Source of the DNA: Eledone cirrhosa
Taxonomy: Eukaryota
Direction of reading: 5' to 3'
NCBI GenBank assembly: GCA_964016885.1
Contig: OZ024740.1
Span: forward strand, 67,642,001-67,706,000
DNA length: 64,000 bases
This document shows positions 47,708 through 64,000 of this stretch, piece after piece. Every line of letters starts with the position of its first letter. Positions within the stretch are counted from its first letter, which is position 1. The position numbers and the translations under genes were made by a program. A model generated the notes under the pieces. The model was given only the letters and a program-made list of their open reading frames with translations. It ran no database searches and had not been told where the DNA came from.

Positions 47708-47893
47708 CGGTGGGTTGGCAGTAGGGGTAGAGGGTCGGACGCCATGCTTTGTTGCATAAAGTTAGGCCCTTTCATGGTCTGAGTTCAAATTCCACTGAGG
47801 TTAACTTTGCCTTTCATCCTTACGGGGTCGATAAAATAATGCACCAGTAATGCACTGGGATAATTGCTGGCCTTGTGCCAAAAGTAGAAACAA
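47708..47893 (+). mobile_element. tRNA-derived SINE
   Basis: Same family as 9715-9904. Confidence 0.9.
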
Positions 47894-48217
47894 TTTTATA
47901 TGACTTATTATATTCTTCTCATCTTCAATTATTTGCACCCAATTTATCTCCCCTTCTTGGTTCACTTATTGTTCTTTCTGTTCGTGCCACCTAACAGCTT
48001 AACACAAGGCCGATTCGTTCAATTTTAAGACCACATTTCAACTGCTTTTGTATTGTGTTTCTTCATGAACCCTTACTTTTGCTTTCAATTTTACGACTGG
48101 CTACATTAAGTTGTTTAAGACATATTCTACGTTTTACATTTCAGCTTGTTCGTCTGATGTAATCTTAGTTTACCTCATTTTCTTTCTTAAGCTGATTGTT
48201 CATGTAACATAACGATT

Positions 48218-48504
48218 TCACTGTGTTCTGTTTTTCATCCCTGGACAGTGACTAACAAATTTTGCCACATTATTCACCTCCACACTATTTTTGTTTTCCC
48301 GAACAGTTACTGTGATTAATTTCTCAGCTAAGGTAGTATATTCATAACCATACAATTCGAAATTGTCATATTCTCGGTTATCTGGGCTCAAAATGGATGG
48401 CCGAGAATCAGATATTGGTTGTTTGTTCTGTTCGTTTAGTTTCACCCCGTCTTCACTTTGATTTACTGAATTTTCCGGCGCTTTACACTGTCTTGTAAAA
48501 TTGT
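48218..48504 (-). other. Possible host coding exon, product unknown
   Basis: About 95 non-repetitive open codons (DNFTRQ...EYDNFELYGYEYTTL...) after an AG at 48506-48505; no recognisable domain. Confidence 0.25.
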
Positions 48505-48860
48505 CTATACACACATATATATGTATGTGTGTGTCTGTGTGCGCGAGTGTGTCCGTGCCCCATCATGGACTCTGTCGGATGGGTGGATCAGGTAAAAGAA
48601 TAAAAGATATAAATATATATACAGACCCACAAGCGCAAACGCTGAAGTAATGAAATTCTGAATTAACTGCGGTTGTGTATGAACTCATAATGTGGAGCAA
48701 AGTATTCCGATAATTTGAAACACGTTTGTTTTAAAGCTGTCACATTGACGCCTCAGTTAACAATAACATTAAAATAACAAATATTAACAGAAATGAGTAT
48801 TGTACTTTCAGATGACATACTTTGACAAGCCTAATGTAATAAAATGTTATAAATATATGC

Positions 48861-48891
<31 letters not shown>

Positions 48892-49815
48892 AATAAACCT
48901 GTCACCATTACTTAATTAACACCTGCTATGTTTCTAATCAAATGATCAGTAAATAATTTGACACGAATTTCAACAGAATTATAAAAAATAATATTTGTCA
49001 GCCAAGTTCAATAGCTTGTCATCTATAAGTAATGGAAAAAGAGCTTGCGTTCGCGTATTAACTATGTTTAATTTTTGAAAACGTTTTACTGATTCAATAC
49101 AATATGTTAAACCAATGAGCTGACAATCTCACCATATAGTGTCGTCGCTTCAATATGGACCTACGTCGCTAGTGATGATGAGTATTGCAGTTAGAATTTC
49201 GAGATGTGAAGATTTACAAGCAAATCATTAGGACTTTCATAGACGCCTGTGCCTTTAACGTAATTCCCCAAAAAGATTCATTGTGGCACAGAATGTGACT
49301 AGATTGGGTCCTTTAGGTTAAAGTTAGTTTAATCGATCGACTCCATGGCAATTCCTTTCTATACAATTTTTCTCAGAAGGTTTGGATACATATGAGACTA
49401 TGGTAACAGACGCTTGCCCAAGATTCCAAACACTAGGATCAAACTCGGTAACTTTCAGTATGCTGCACCAATGATTTCAGTTTGTTATAAGATATTCGCT
49501 GCCAATACAGTAAAATATCCTAGCATTTCAAAGTTTATATGATTTTTTCTACATCAATGTTGTTATTGACCTTTCATAACTGTGCCTTCCAATTTACAGA
49601 AGAATCTTTGATCATAAATCGGTTCTGAAGATGCAAAGTTGACCTTCCTTTATGAAGTCCCTTTGCTTATATATATATATATATATATAAGTAGAAGGGA
49701 TATTTAATTTGTTGGAAATACAACAAATAAATAAATATAAATGTTTATAACTCGACAGATTTCTGGAGTAAATATTCAATGATATTAAATAAATGGAAAT
49801 TATAATTAATATCAC

Positions 49816-52215
<2,400 letters not shown>

Positions 52216-53399
52216 TTGGTCTCTGCATCCCTTCATTCGGAATTTACTGATTTCAATCTTTTCCCCAGTTATTGAATAAAAGCATGATCGGCTCGTGATA
52301 TTCTATAATTTCAGAGAGAATGATCTGTCCAGACAGCCGTATGTCTACCGTACTTTGTTTATGATCTCATACAGTATATGAAATGCACTAACGGTCTCGT
52401 GCAGTCCTTACTCTGTTGTACAGCAGTCCGCTGGAATTCTTTCCCTCGCTATATTAGATTTTACCCCTAATCTTACAAATATTCAAAAGAATTAATAGCA
52501 TCGTCGATTCACCGGCCCGGGTCTCGAATCACTTGATTATGGACACATCATTCTACTAAACCACACCAACACTGCAGACACAAAATTAGATTAAAATTAT
52601 ATATGTTACCAGAGTCCGTCAAATATGCTATTTTTTTTTTCATTCATTTACTCTACGTATGAGATTTCAAACCTTTTTTAGTAAAGCATTGAATATGAAC
52701 ATTGTGCCAAGATAATTTACTGTTTCAATTTTTTATGAAAACAAAGTTGTCGACGTCACATTACCGACCTTTTGCAAGCTAGTTTTTCATTTTCATTTTC
52801 TGAATGTAAGTGAAGAACGACAGAAACTCGAATTGATAGTGTTTCTCATCACTGATAAATAGGACAATGATTTCCATCATGTCAACATCACAGTAGTGTG
52901 TTCTTTGAGAGAAGCTCTTAAGAATCTGTTTATTCTTCTTTTTGTTGATATTGTCGTTCCCGTCGTCGTTGTTATTGTTGTTGCATTCGCCGTCGTTGAT
53001 GCTGACGTAGACGCCGTCGTTATTACTGTGCAGTATAAGGCCAACAGTGATAGAGCTGAGCTATCTTCAAAAAAACTTGCCAGCTGTGATATTCCTGTAT
53101 TAACTGTGATATCTAGAAAAACATTATCTAATGCCTTCTTTACCTTTTTTGTTTTGTTAAACAGTAGGGTGTCATTTGAGGGAGATTTGATTGCTACTTC
53201 GAGCAGATCAAGCAACGTTGAAAAGTGTCCTTCGTTTATATGTCTTGTAAATAAATAACTATAAATACGATGAGCAGGTACACTCCGCTGCTGTCAAAAA
53301 GTAAAGAGATTGTATGACAGTTTTTGTGTGTTTTTGTTTCACAAACATATGTGTCTCTATTTCTGGAGTAGGAGTATTTATGAAGTTAGTGTTGATCCC

Positions 53400-53583
53400 G
53401 GCGGATTGGCAGTATCGGTAGAGGGTCGGACGTTATGCTTTCCAGCATAGTTATGTCCCTTTACGATCTGAGTTCAAATCCCGCCGAGGTTGACTTTGCC
53501 TTTCATCCTTACGGGGTCGATGAAATAAAGTACCAGTAACGCACTGGGTAATTGCTGGCCTTGTGCCTAAAGTAGAAACAATT
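53400..53583 (+). mobile_element. tRNA-derived SINE
   Basis: Same family as 9715-9904. Confidence 0.92.
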
Positions 53584-53750
53584 AAATATGTTAAGGACGT
53601 AAGTCAGATGAAAGCAGCAATGGAAAGAAATTGGATAATAATTACAAGCAATCTCGTCTATGAGTACTTCATTCACAGCATCTAACAAGCATAACATTTC
53701 GATAGATTATCATAGTTATTGCACTTGAAATCACAAGAATTGTTCTAATT

Positions 53751-53863
53751 AATTGTTTCTACTTTAGGCACAAGGCCATCAAATTATCAGTACATTACTG
53801 GTACTTTATTTTATCGACCCCGTAAGGATGAAAGGCAAAGTTAACCTCGGCGGGATTTGAACT
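53751..53863 (-). mobile_element. SINE, 5'-truncated
   Basis: B box through tail. Confidence 0.88.
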
Positions 53864-54545
53864 GTTCTAATTAATATTCAAAAATATATAAAGACTGCTA
53901 GCTCAATCCACCATGTGGTATGTAGCAAAGAATTTCCGGCAACTGTTATTCTTTTATATTTTTACTTGTTTTAGTCATTAGACGTCAGCCAAATTATTTC
54001 TAATTTCTAAATTGTATAACAATTCAAAGAAAATAGAGTAATTGGTTACATTATACTACTACTTCCCTGCACGTCGGCGAGAATGACAAGTCTTTATCAA
54101 TAACTTGGTGTAGAACAAATATCGGAGGAGACTTCTCTTAAAGAATACCAATATGCATGCATCTATGCATGCATACATATATATATGACGGCTGCTATTC
54201 GAGTAATGCCACCGCTTGATACTTAAGCATGAGCATAACAGACGTGGGATTTTAGTCCTGCTAGTTACATGCCAATGGTCAGGGTTCTATGGGGGGGGGG
54301 GTTCTTTTATCTGTCCAATATTTTGGAAAATGGAACATTATCCATTGAAAGTTCCTTAAACCCCGAAGAAGAGAAATTTAGTTAGGTCCCGAAATATTGG
54401 ACAGATAGAAGAATAAAAAAAAAAAAAGATTACCAGGTAACTTACTTTTATTTTTCGTTACCTCACCTTACAGTCCATTTTTTTAATATTATTTAGCATT
54501 CTATCTCTCGCAACCTTATATATATATATACAGCGTCTGTGTGCG

Positions 54546-54583
<38 letters not shown>

Positions 54584-55755
54584 CATGTATATATATATAC
54601 ATATATATATATATATTGTTATACTTGAGGAGGGTCATATTGTTGTAATAATATTGCCAGAAATAATAACAGACACATTCACTGTTTGGTTGGCTTTCGC
54701 TTCTGTATCTTTTATATCTCCACAGTTAATTTATTTCGTCCTCAATGTTTATCATTGACTGACCAACGGTAACAAATACAGATATAAATACATATATATA
54801 GTCTAACAAAGTTCTTTCGTTGCACATCCGCAACATCATCAGATGTGCAACTCAAGAACTCGCCCCCCCCCCCCTCCCTCTCTCTCTCTCTCACGCGCGC
54901 GCCCACTCTCTCTCTCTATCTATCTATCTCTCTCTACTGTATCTGAATATGTACACATCCAATCGCTCCTCAAATCTAATATCGTGATTTCCATCTCTCG
55001 CCTCATTTTGACTTTGTCTAACTTTCTCCCTTCTCTTTATATCTATCTATTTCTCTTTGTCACTCTATCTCCCCACTAAAGCTATCAACACATACACACA
55101 CAGTTTTAGTCGATAAAAACAGCTCGCCCTTGTTTGTGGATCATCCCACTTCCGTTTGTGTCTTTATTACAAACCACTCCTTTGGAGGCCACCCACACAC
55201 ATCTATGCAAGCCTTTGCGAAAAATTATATACGCATATACACGCCCGCGTGCATACACTAAGACACACAGACGAAACACACCCCTCTTCCTTTATTCTCA
55301 ACCTACTTTGTCTGATAATCCTTTTATTACCCTTTCCAAACTACCAAACTTAAGGAACATGGTCTGTATTATAGCTCCATCGTATTTGTGTGTGTATGCA
55401 TGTGAGGGCTTCAGAGTATGCTTGTGTATGCGTGTGTATGTATATGTTTATGTGAGTGAATGAATAAGTATATGTGCGCGGGCGTGTATATGTGTCTATG
55501 ATTATCACTGCTTGACTCTGTAATGATATTTATTTCCATTACTCTGCCACTGAATTCTGGTTCTCTCGCACCATGTATCTCTGTCTGTATAACTTTTCTC
55601 TTCACATCTCATCCCTTCCTACCAATCTATCAAGAAAAATATCTATCTCTCTATCTATCTATCTATCATCTATCCCCCTTTGTATTTGTCCCCTTCTTTT
55701 GTGCCCCTGTGGCTAATAAAGAAATATATCTATCTATCTATATATAATATTTATA

Positions 55756-55796
<41 letters not shown>

Positions 55797-56359
55797 ATCA
55801 ATAAATCTATTTATTAACCTATATATCTATCTACTGACACTTTCCAGACACTATGTTTATTTCCATTTTCTTTGCTTTTTTTTACGCCCTTTCGGTCATC
55901 GCTGTCCCTTTCTCGTGTAAGACCACGTGTATATATATGTACTTGTGTATGTATGTTTGTGTATACAAACTTGAACAAATCGTTGATGTGTGTGCATATG
56001 TACACGTGGGTTTCTGCGTATTAATGCGTATTTTTCAATATTTGTCACTCACTATGCAACATGTTCCTTTTCATATTATTCCAGCGGACTGCTAATATCG
56101 GAGCGACGGCATAGAGTCACGGCCTTTTGCGTTCTGAGTTGCAATCCCGCCAAGATTATTTTTGGATAAAAAGTAACAGTAGTGTACTAGGGTCCATCTA
56201 ATCGACTTTCTCCTCCCCCCAAACAATTATCTTTGGTTGTGAAGACGAATACAATGTAACCTAACATATGTGAAAAAAGGACTACTCCCGGAGACCCTCC
56301 CCCCCCCACACCCTTCAAAAAGAGAACTTTAAAGATTTTTTTTTTTGCTTTGACTGTCT

Positions 56360-56811
<452 letters not shown>

Positions 56812-57420
56812 GTATGTATTGTAATGTACAATTGAACAAAGACTGAAATGCAATAACAGTTGTTGGAAATAAATGGCAAGAATCAGAATTCAAGAACGAA
56901 TCCTTTATATGATGGGATTTAAGGAGTTTAAGATTTCAGGTTATCTTAAATGTCGCCATCTGGTATGTATTCTGTAGTGGTTGTGTTCGGTGAGCAAATA
57001 ATACGCAATTCGCAGCTAATCTAACCATGTCAACCTGTTCTCGTCTGATTAATCAGGACTAGAGCCAGGCGAGAAGGGGACTTGTTCTTTGTAATTTGAT
57101 TATAGAAATTATTCCTCTCCACTTTTCCGGCTTCTGTCTACAATTCATTACAATTTTCAGTTTCGCCTATATGTATTTGCCTCCTTCATATCTGAATTTC
57201 AATTTTGTATGAATTTCTCAAACAGCGATCTTGATAAATAGGCATACTATTTATTAGCAATACAAAGATAGATTGTCTCAGATTAAGATTGTGACTTTGT
57301 AGTTGATATGATTATTTCATACTTTCGTTCTGTGCTACACGCATTTTTAGAAAGCCTATTCTGTATTTGCCACAAATAGAAATTACATTGCCTTTGCGTT
57401 TGTATGTATGTTTATGGCTG

Positions 57421-57859
57421 CATAAGGTTGGCTGAAAAGTTAATAGGCTAAAATGTTCATAGGCTGAAAGGCTCATACACTGACTAAGATACTCTCATGG
57501 AATGGCCAACATAGCTTTTGGAAGGAAACAATACAATTATTAATAAGAAGATCTAAAAGAAATGCATGCAATATATCAAAGCCATCTAACATCATGGACT
57601 ACCAATGAACTTTTCAATTGACCATCGTAAATATATATATAGAGAGAGTGCTGAAAACTTCCTTGCTTGGGTTAAAAGAAAATACAGGTGGCTGAGTTAA
57701 TTATGATTTTATACCACATATTCCACTCTCAGATTCACACGTTTATTGCAGCGGTCTTTACATTTTTTCTGAGCCCTGTAAAAAGAACTCGAATGTTTGG
57801 GCATCTAACCAGTCCTCTGTTGTAGAGATGAACCCAAGAACATTTCAGTACCTCTACGT
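57421..57859. mobile_element. Two adjacent decayed mariner-type MITEs
   Basis: Imperfect TIR pairs ggctgaaaagtt/aacttttcaattgaccatcgta (57421-57629) and gtgctgaaaact/acatttcagtac (57643-57859). Confidence 0.5.
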
Positions 57860-57933
57860 CTATATATATATTTATATATATATATATATTTATATATATT
57901 ACTCTATTACGTGTTCCAGGCTGAAGCCATTCC

Positions 57934-58016
<83 letters not shown>

Positions 58017-58027
58017 AGACACACACA

Positions 58028-58063
<36 letters not shown>

Positions 58064-58124
58064 AACATACACACACACACATACATGCATACATACATAT
58101 ATATATATAAATATATATGTATAT

Positions 58125-58220
58125 ACCCCTTGATGAGTTCAGCTAGATTACCGTCGATCACATACCGAGGCTTTAGTTCGGATCTAGCTGTCGAAACGTC
58201 CGGAGCTCAGCGGTCGGGGT
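58125..58220 (+). ncRNA. Type I HHR with extended stem II, partly decayed
   Basis: acccc-TTGATGA-gtt-cagctagat...atctagctg-tc-GAAA-cgtccggagctcagcgg-TC-ggggt; 3' half resembles the 13988 family. Confidence 0.68.
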
Positions 58221-58327
58221 CCAGAATATTTTCATATTACCGACTCTGCTCCCCCAAGAATCGAGTACTCAAGTGGGTTATAGCCTAGCTGGCTTTTATC
58301 ACACCCTATGTGACACACCCTATGTGA

Positions 58328-58406
<79 letters not shown>

Positions 58407-58525
58407 TGTAATGTACAATTGAACAAAGACTGAAATACAATAACATATATATATATGTATGTATATATATATGTATATATCTATGTATATATGTATGTAT
58501 ATATATACGTCTATATATATGTATA

Positions 58526-58624
<99 letters not shown>

Positions 58625-59171
58625 AAATGAAAATAGAGAAATTAATGTGAGCAAGAAGCCAACAGTAATTCATAATATATAAGTAACTATAACGTCAAGA
58701 TGGAAAATATTTAACGTAAGATATGGGAAAATAATTCAAACTCAATTAAAAAAAAGTCAAGACAGAGATTTTATCCACAGATTTTGTGAAATCCAGGGAA
58801 AAAAACCAATAGAGTCTTAACTCAGAATAAAATTAAGGTTAAATACTCATCCCTCAATTTGAAAAAAATTCAAATGTTCTATATAGTCTTAAAAACACTA
58901 TTTCACGAAACTTTTTCAGTGGGATTAGTCACGGTTGGCGTCGTTCATCAGTAGAGGTCAAAACACGATGAACAAAACACTGCTAAAATATGCCAGAAAG
59001 GGAATTTAAAGCAGACTAGTGCACCTCGTGTGGAATTATGAAAATAAACACACATGGAGAACGAATGTCTGTTTACAAGAAACAGCAGTCAAAACATTCT
59101 GAAAAAAACTCAACAAAAATGTATGGAGTTCAGCATATAGCAATATTATCGCGGTTTAAAAAAAAAAGACC

Positions 59172-59241
<70 letters not shown>

Positions 59242-59348
59242 ATATATATATATATATGTATATATAAGTATATATATATATATATATATGTATATATGTT
59301 TATGTATATATATATGTATATATATGTATATATATATGTATATAGATG

Positions 59349-59385
<37 letters not shown>

Positions 59386-59605
59386 ATAAAAGGTAAACAA
59401 AAATAACAACACAAACGGTAGAGTATATGGAAGGTATATATTAGGTTAACGCTTGATATAGCAGGAAGTGGGTCGTAACGTTTCGGAGGGCTAGTCCTTC
59501 ATCAGAAGAAAGAATGAGAAATCAAATAGATTAAGGGGACGGGCGCGATGGAATTGGAAATCATGTCTTTAGATAAAGATAATAGGTCCATTCATGTTGA
59601 CATCT

Positions 59606-59674
<69 letters not shown>

Positions 59675-59771
59675 GTATGTATATATATATATGAATATAT
59701 ATATATACATACATGTATATATATATGAATATATATATATACATACATGTATATACCTATGTATACATATT

Positions 59772-59809
<38 letters not shown>

Positions 59810-59833
59810 TATATATGTATGTATATATATATG

Positions 59834-59870
<37 letters not shown>

Positions 59871-59928
59871 GAAGGTAGTACAGCATAATCGAAGCTTTGT
59901 TTGCGGGAAAAAACTAACGAATGCTGTC

Positions 59929-59979
<51 letters not shown>

Positions 59980-60379
59980 GGCATCAACACACATACACAA
60001 ATATTTGATGACTACTAGCTTTAAACACCCTAATTTTGTCTAAAATATAATGTAAAATTATCGCAAAAGATACATTCAATTTGGTACAGAGCCAGGCATC
60101 GGGGGAATTTCCATGGCAGTAGAGGTGTCCCGTTGGGAATCTACGGCGCACTACAATTCATAGGGAGCCCAACTATCATAGAGATGCTCGGAGTCAAGTG
60201 CCCATTCCGTTCCCTCTATATCCAGCCCTGTGCATTTCTCCTTTTCCCTGGCAGTGAACAGTTGTCACCGTAATACAGCACCAGCGTTAGATGTTGATTG
60301 AAGTAAACATAATCATTATAATTAAGTTGAGTTAGTTAATGTAGTCAGGTGAATAAGATATATGTTATATATATATGTT

Positions 60380-61243
60380 ATATATATATATGTATGAGAT
60401 GAAAGAATGGTACGCGATGCGGCTCACCCACAGCCCCGGCGGACAGAATGGAGAAGGCGTTTCCCCGGAGGACGGCAAGGGAAACGCGCTGGAAAAGCCA
60501 CTCCAAATCGCGGGGCTCACACCTCACACCTTGAATTGAGTAAGGAGGTAGCCCTGGGGCCGAGGACACCAGAAGTTTCCACTGCCAGGGGAACGACCGG
60601 AAACCTGTCGGAGAGCGACCGGTATTTGAGGAGTTTAGCCCCCTCAGCCTGACGTGCGGCAGAACCTGGGTCAGTCGCAGACTGCACCAGGTTGCGGCTG
60701 CAGAAAGTGTCGGTTCAAGTGGCATCCCAGACGAGAGGTTTGTCACCGCGGAACGGGAAGATGGTCATGACATCTGGCCTTTTGCCGTTACCTCGATCCA
60801 GCCCCACCGGCTCGAGCTGGGGGGGGGGGTCCTGCAGCGTCCTAGCCATGCGTAATGACCTCGTTGAGAGCTGTATGACGTGGAATGCGACCGGCACTCT
60901 GGCGACAGGAAAGCGGGTGGAGGCCGAAAGAATTCCACGGTGGAACCGCAGCGACATTGGTGTGGCTGGCAGATCCGGAGGCCGAGCCTCAGGGAAACGC
61001 CGATTCGCAGGCTATGGTTGTCTAGCTGCGTGCCAGTGGGGAAGGAGGGCAGAGCATGGAGCCAGGCACCACTGTGGAGTTTGAAGGCCGCACGAAAACA
61101 AGCAAGGCGGTGCTGGTCGAGCTGGCGCGTGAGCCTGTCTGAAGCCAGGCTGCACTGGATGGCATCCCAAGTGCGTTGGGGGGACTTGACGTTAACAGGG
61201 GGAGAAGGAGGAGGGACGCCTACTGGGCTATGTCCCAGCCGGT
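60380..61243 (-). mobile_element. 5'-truncated CRE-like non-LTR retrotransposon 3' end (Zn knuckle plus restriction-like endonuclease)
   Basis: SGAWLHALP, LRLGL, CRC...H...C, RH, EPVGL..GKRPD, VWDAT, LFQRVSLAVLRGNA; GC-rich, frameshifted, ends in TA repeats. Confidence 0.88.
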
Positions 61244-61405
61244 TATAATAATAGCAATGCTAGAGATGATGGTGATGACCATGATTATGATAATCGTAAC
61301 AATGATGATGAAAATGACGATGATTAAAGGGATGGTGATGAAGATGACGTTGATAATGATGATGAAGATAACGTTGATGATGATGATGACGTTGTTACTA
61401 TTAAT

Positions 61406-61597
61406 AATTGTTTCTACTTTTGGCACAAGGCTAGCAAATTACCCAATGCATTACTGGTACTTAATTTTATCGACCCCGTAAAGATGAAAGGCAAAGTTAA
61501 CCTCGGCAGGATTTGAACTCAGATCATAAAGGTAGGTAACTCTATGCTTCAAAGCATGGCGTCCAACCCTCTACCGATACTGCCAATTCATCGCCCA
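61406..61597 (-). mobile_element. tRNA-derived SINE
   Basis: Same family as 9715-9904. Confidence 0.92.
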
Positions 61598-61927
61598 ATC
61601 CACTATTAATAATGATATTAAGCACAATAAATAAATATTAATTATAAAACTTCCAAGAAAATAATGGCTAAAGTGTGACGCAGAAAGTAGAGGTGAGAGA
61701 GAAGTGTTGCTGATTTGAATTAGAAGCATGTCTGCTATAGACAACAATAGAATATTGAATATTCAGAGTTTGGTAAGGGCGAGATGTACAGTTATATTGG
61801 AACGTGTTGGTATGTGTATACAACTTTGCGTTGTATTACATTAACTCCAACACGAGGACATGTAGTTTTTATTTCGAAGCTATGAAACCCACAGACGCAC
61901 ACACACACAGATACACACACACACATG

Positions 61928-61930
<3 letters not shown>

Positions 61931-61993
<63 letters not shown>

Positions 61994-62126
61994 TATATAT
62001 ATATATATAGTTATATATATATATATATAGTTATATATATATATATATATATATATAGTTATATATATATATATATATATATAGTTATATATATATAGTT
62101 ATATATATATAGTTATATATATATAG

Positions 62127-62161
<35 letters not shown>

Positions 62162-62360
62162 TATATATATAGTTATATATATATAGTTATATATATATAT
62201 ATATATATATATAGTTATATATATATATATATATAGTTATATATATATATATATAGTTATATATATATATATATATAACTATATATATAGTTATATATAT
62301 ATATATATATATATATAGTTATATATATATATATATATATATAGTTATATATATATATAG

Positions 62361-62399
<39 letters not shown>

Positions 62400-62500
62400 T
62401 ATATATATATAGTTATATATATATATATATATAGTTATATATATATATATATAGTTATATATATATATATATAGTTATATATATATATATATATATATAG

Positions 62501-62535
<35 letters not shown>

Positions 62536-62576
62536 TATATATATAGTTATATATATATAGTTATATATATATATAG

Positions 62577-62639
<63 letters not shown>

Positions 62640-62717
62640 TATATATATAGTTATATATATATAGTTATATATATATATAGTTATATATATATATAGTTAT
62701 ATATATATATATATATA
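61931..62717. repeat. (TA)n array regularly interrupted by GT
   Basis: Dozens of (TA)n-GT units of variable length. Confidence 0.95.
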
Positions 62718-64000
62718 TTGTTATACTTTGGGAGGGTCATGTTGCCAATAAGAAACACACGCACCAGATGCTTTCACTTCAATTTATTATATATTTTTAT
62801 ATATAGGCGACATAGCTAACTTATTCATGGTATGGTGGGACAGTAGACTTAAACAAAAACTTAAAGAACAATTAGAAGACAGCTTAACCCTGATAATGTA
62901 CTCCCGCTACGTAGATGATATAAACATCGTAGTTAAGACACCCCCACTAAAGAGCAGTCAGGAACTAGAGAAAAACACAATGGAAAGCATCCAGCAAATA
63001 GAAAACTCCATCCACCAGAGCATTAGAGTTACTATAGACTACCCAAGTAGACACCCCAACCATCGATTACCTGTACCAGACACAGAGCTCTGGTTAGATA
63101 CCATTAACAACCAAAAAAAAATCCTCCATTCCCATTATGCCAAACCCATGACTTCCAAACATCTGATCCACCGAAACTCGGCCATTTCGGACCATACCAA
63201 AATCAACATACTGATTGCGGATTTGGTACGGGTGATGAGAAATGTGTCCCGCATGTGCAACTCCGAAGAACTAGAGAGAGACACATACAACACTTCATCC
63301 ACCGTATGCAGTTCTCTGGCTACAATCAGAGAGATAGAATCAGAGTGTATAAAGGAGCCAGAACCAAATGGGAAAAAATGGTAAATAATGACATAAATCG
63401 GACCTGCCCCTTGTATAGGAGCAAATTTTGGAATAGAATAGAAAGAACTAGGAACAAGGCCAATAGAATAAACTCATGGTATGATAGCAATAAATACCAG
63501 AGTGTAATGTTCATCAATACAACCCCTAGAGGCGAACTAGCCTACAAATTTAGAAGGGCCCTAAATAAACATAATCTCAATATTAAGATAGTAGAAAGAC
63601 CAGGTACCTCCGTAAAAACACTTATTAGCAAGACATACCCGTTCCAAAGACCCTCATGTATAGATAAGAAATGTATAACCTGTAAAATAAGCCCCCATAT
63701 TAACTGTAAAACTAGAAATGTAGTGTATAGCATAAGATGTACTGAAGGACAATGTAGAAACAAAAATATAGTGTACATAGGTGAGACAGCTCGTAGTATA
63801 GGGGAACGAATAGATGAACACTGGCGAGACCTCCAAGATAATAAAGAATCATCTGTGCTCTACCAACATGCTAAGATAGAACACAGGGGTAGATTAGAGA
63901 ACATAGAAATAAAAATAGAATCCACACACAGAAAAGACGCAATGTTTAGGCAAATTACAGAGGCAGTAAGCATAAAAGAATTGAAACCAAAATTAAATAG
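62718..64000 (+). mobile_element. 5'-truncated non-Naiad PLE (possibly Nematis-like), RT-thumb-GIY-YIG, running off the window
   Basis: IANLFM, YSRYVDD, HYAKP, then frameshifted QFSGY, PLYRS, TPRGEL, VERPG, Cys cluster, NVVY..YIGETARSIGERIDEH; clade assignment from memory. Confidence 0.88.

Noticed and set aside
59465-59505. Minus-strand CTGATGA-a-gga...tcc-GAAA-cg-TT as a complete HHR
   Set aside because: Stem I strands do not pair, so it is counted only as a partial motif

Overview
Very AT-rich eukaryotic non-coding DNA; the tRNA-derived SINE and microsatellite landscape suggest an octopod cephalopod (inference). No host gene can be called with confidence, and almost all long ORFs in the track are microsatellite artefacts. 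The window holds long (TA)n arrays, about 11 copies of one tRNA-derived SINE, three decayed Naiad-type Penelope-like elements (PLEs; RT + GIY-YIG), a fourth PLE of another clade at the right edge, an RTE LINE 3' end with three C2H2 fingers, two CRE-like fragments and some MITE/Helitron-like relics. The main signal, found by reading the sequence by eye, is a dense set of type I hammerhead ribozyme (HHR) motifs: over 15 complete or decayed motifs from about 10 sequence families. They occur at Naiad 3' ends, in small foldback elements inserted in (TA)n, and in two non-coding retrozyme-like tandem families (471-bp and 434-444-bp units). The two tandem families share an ATGCAAAT octamer and a TATA-like box at conserved spacing upstream of the ribozyme, which suggests a snRNA-type promoter. 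One HHR family carries a compensatory U3-A8 core. None of the folds or activities has been computed or tested.
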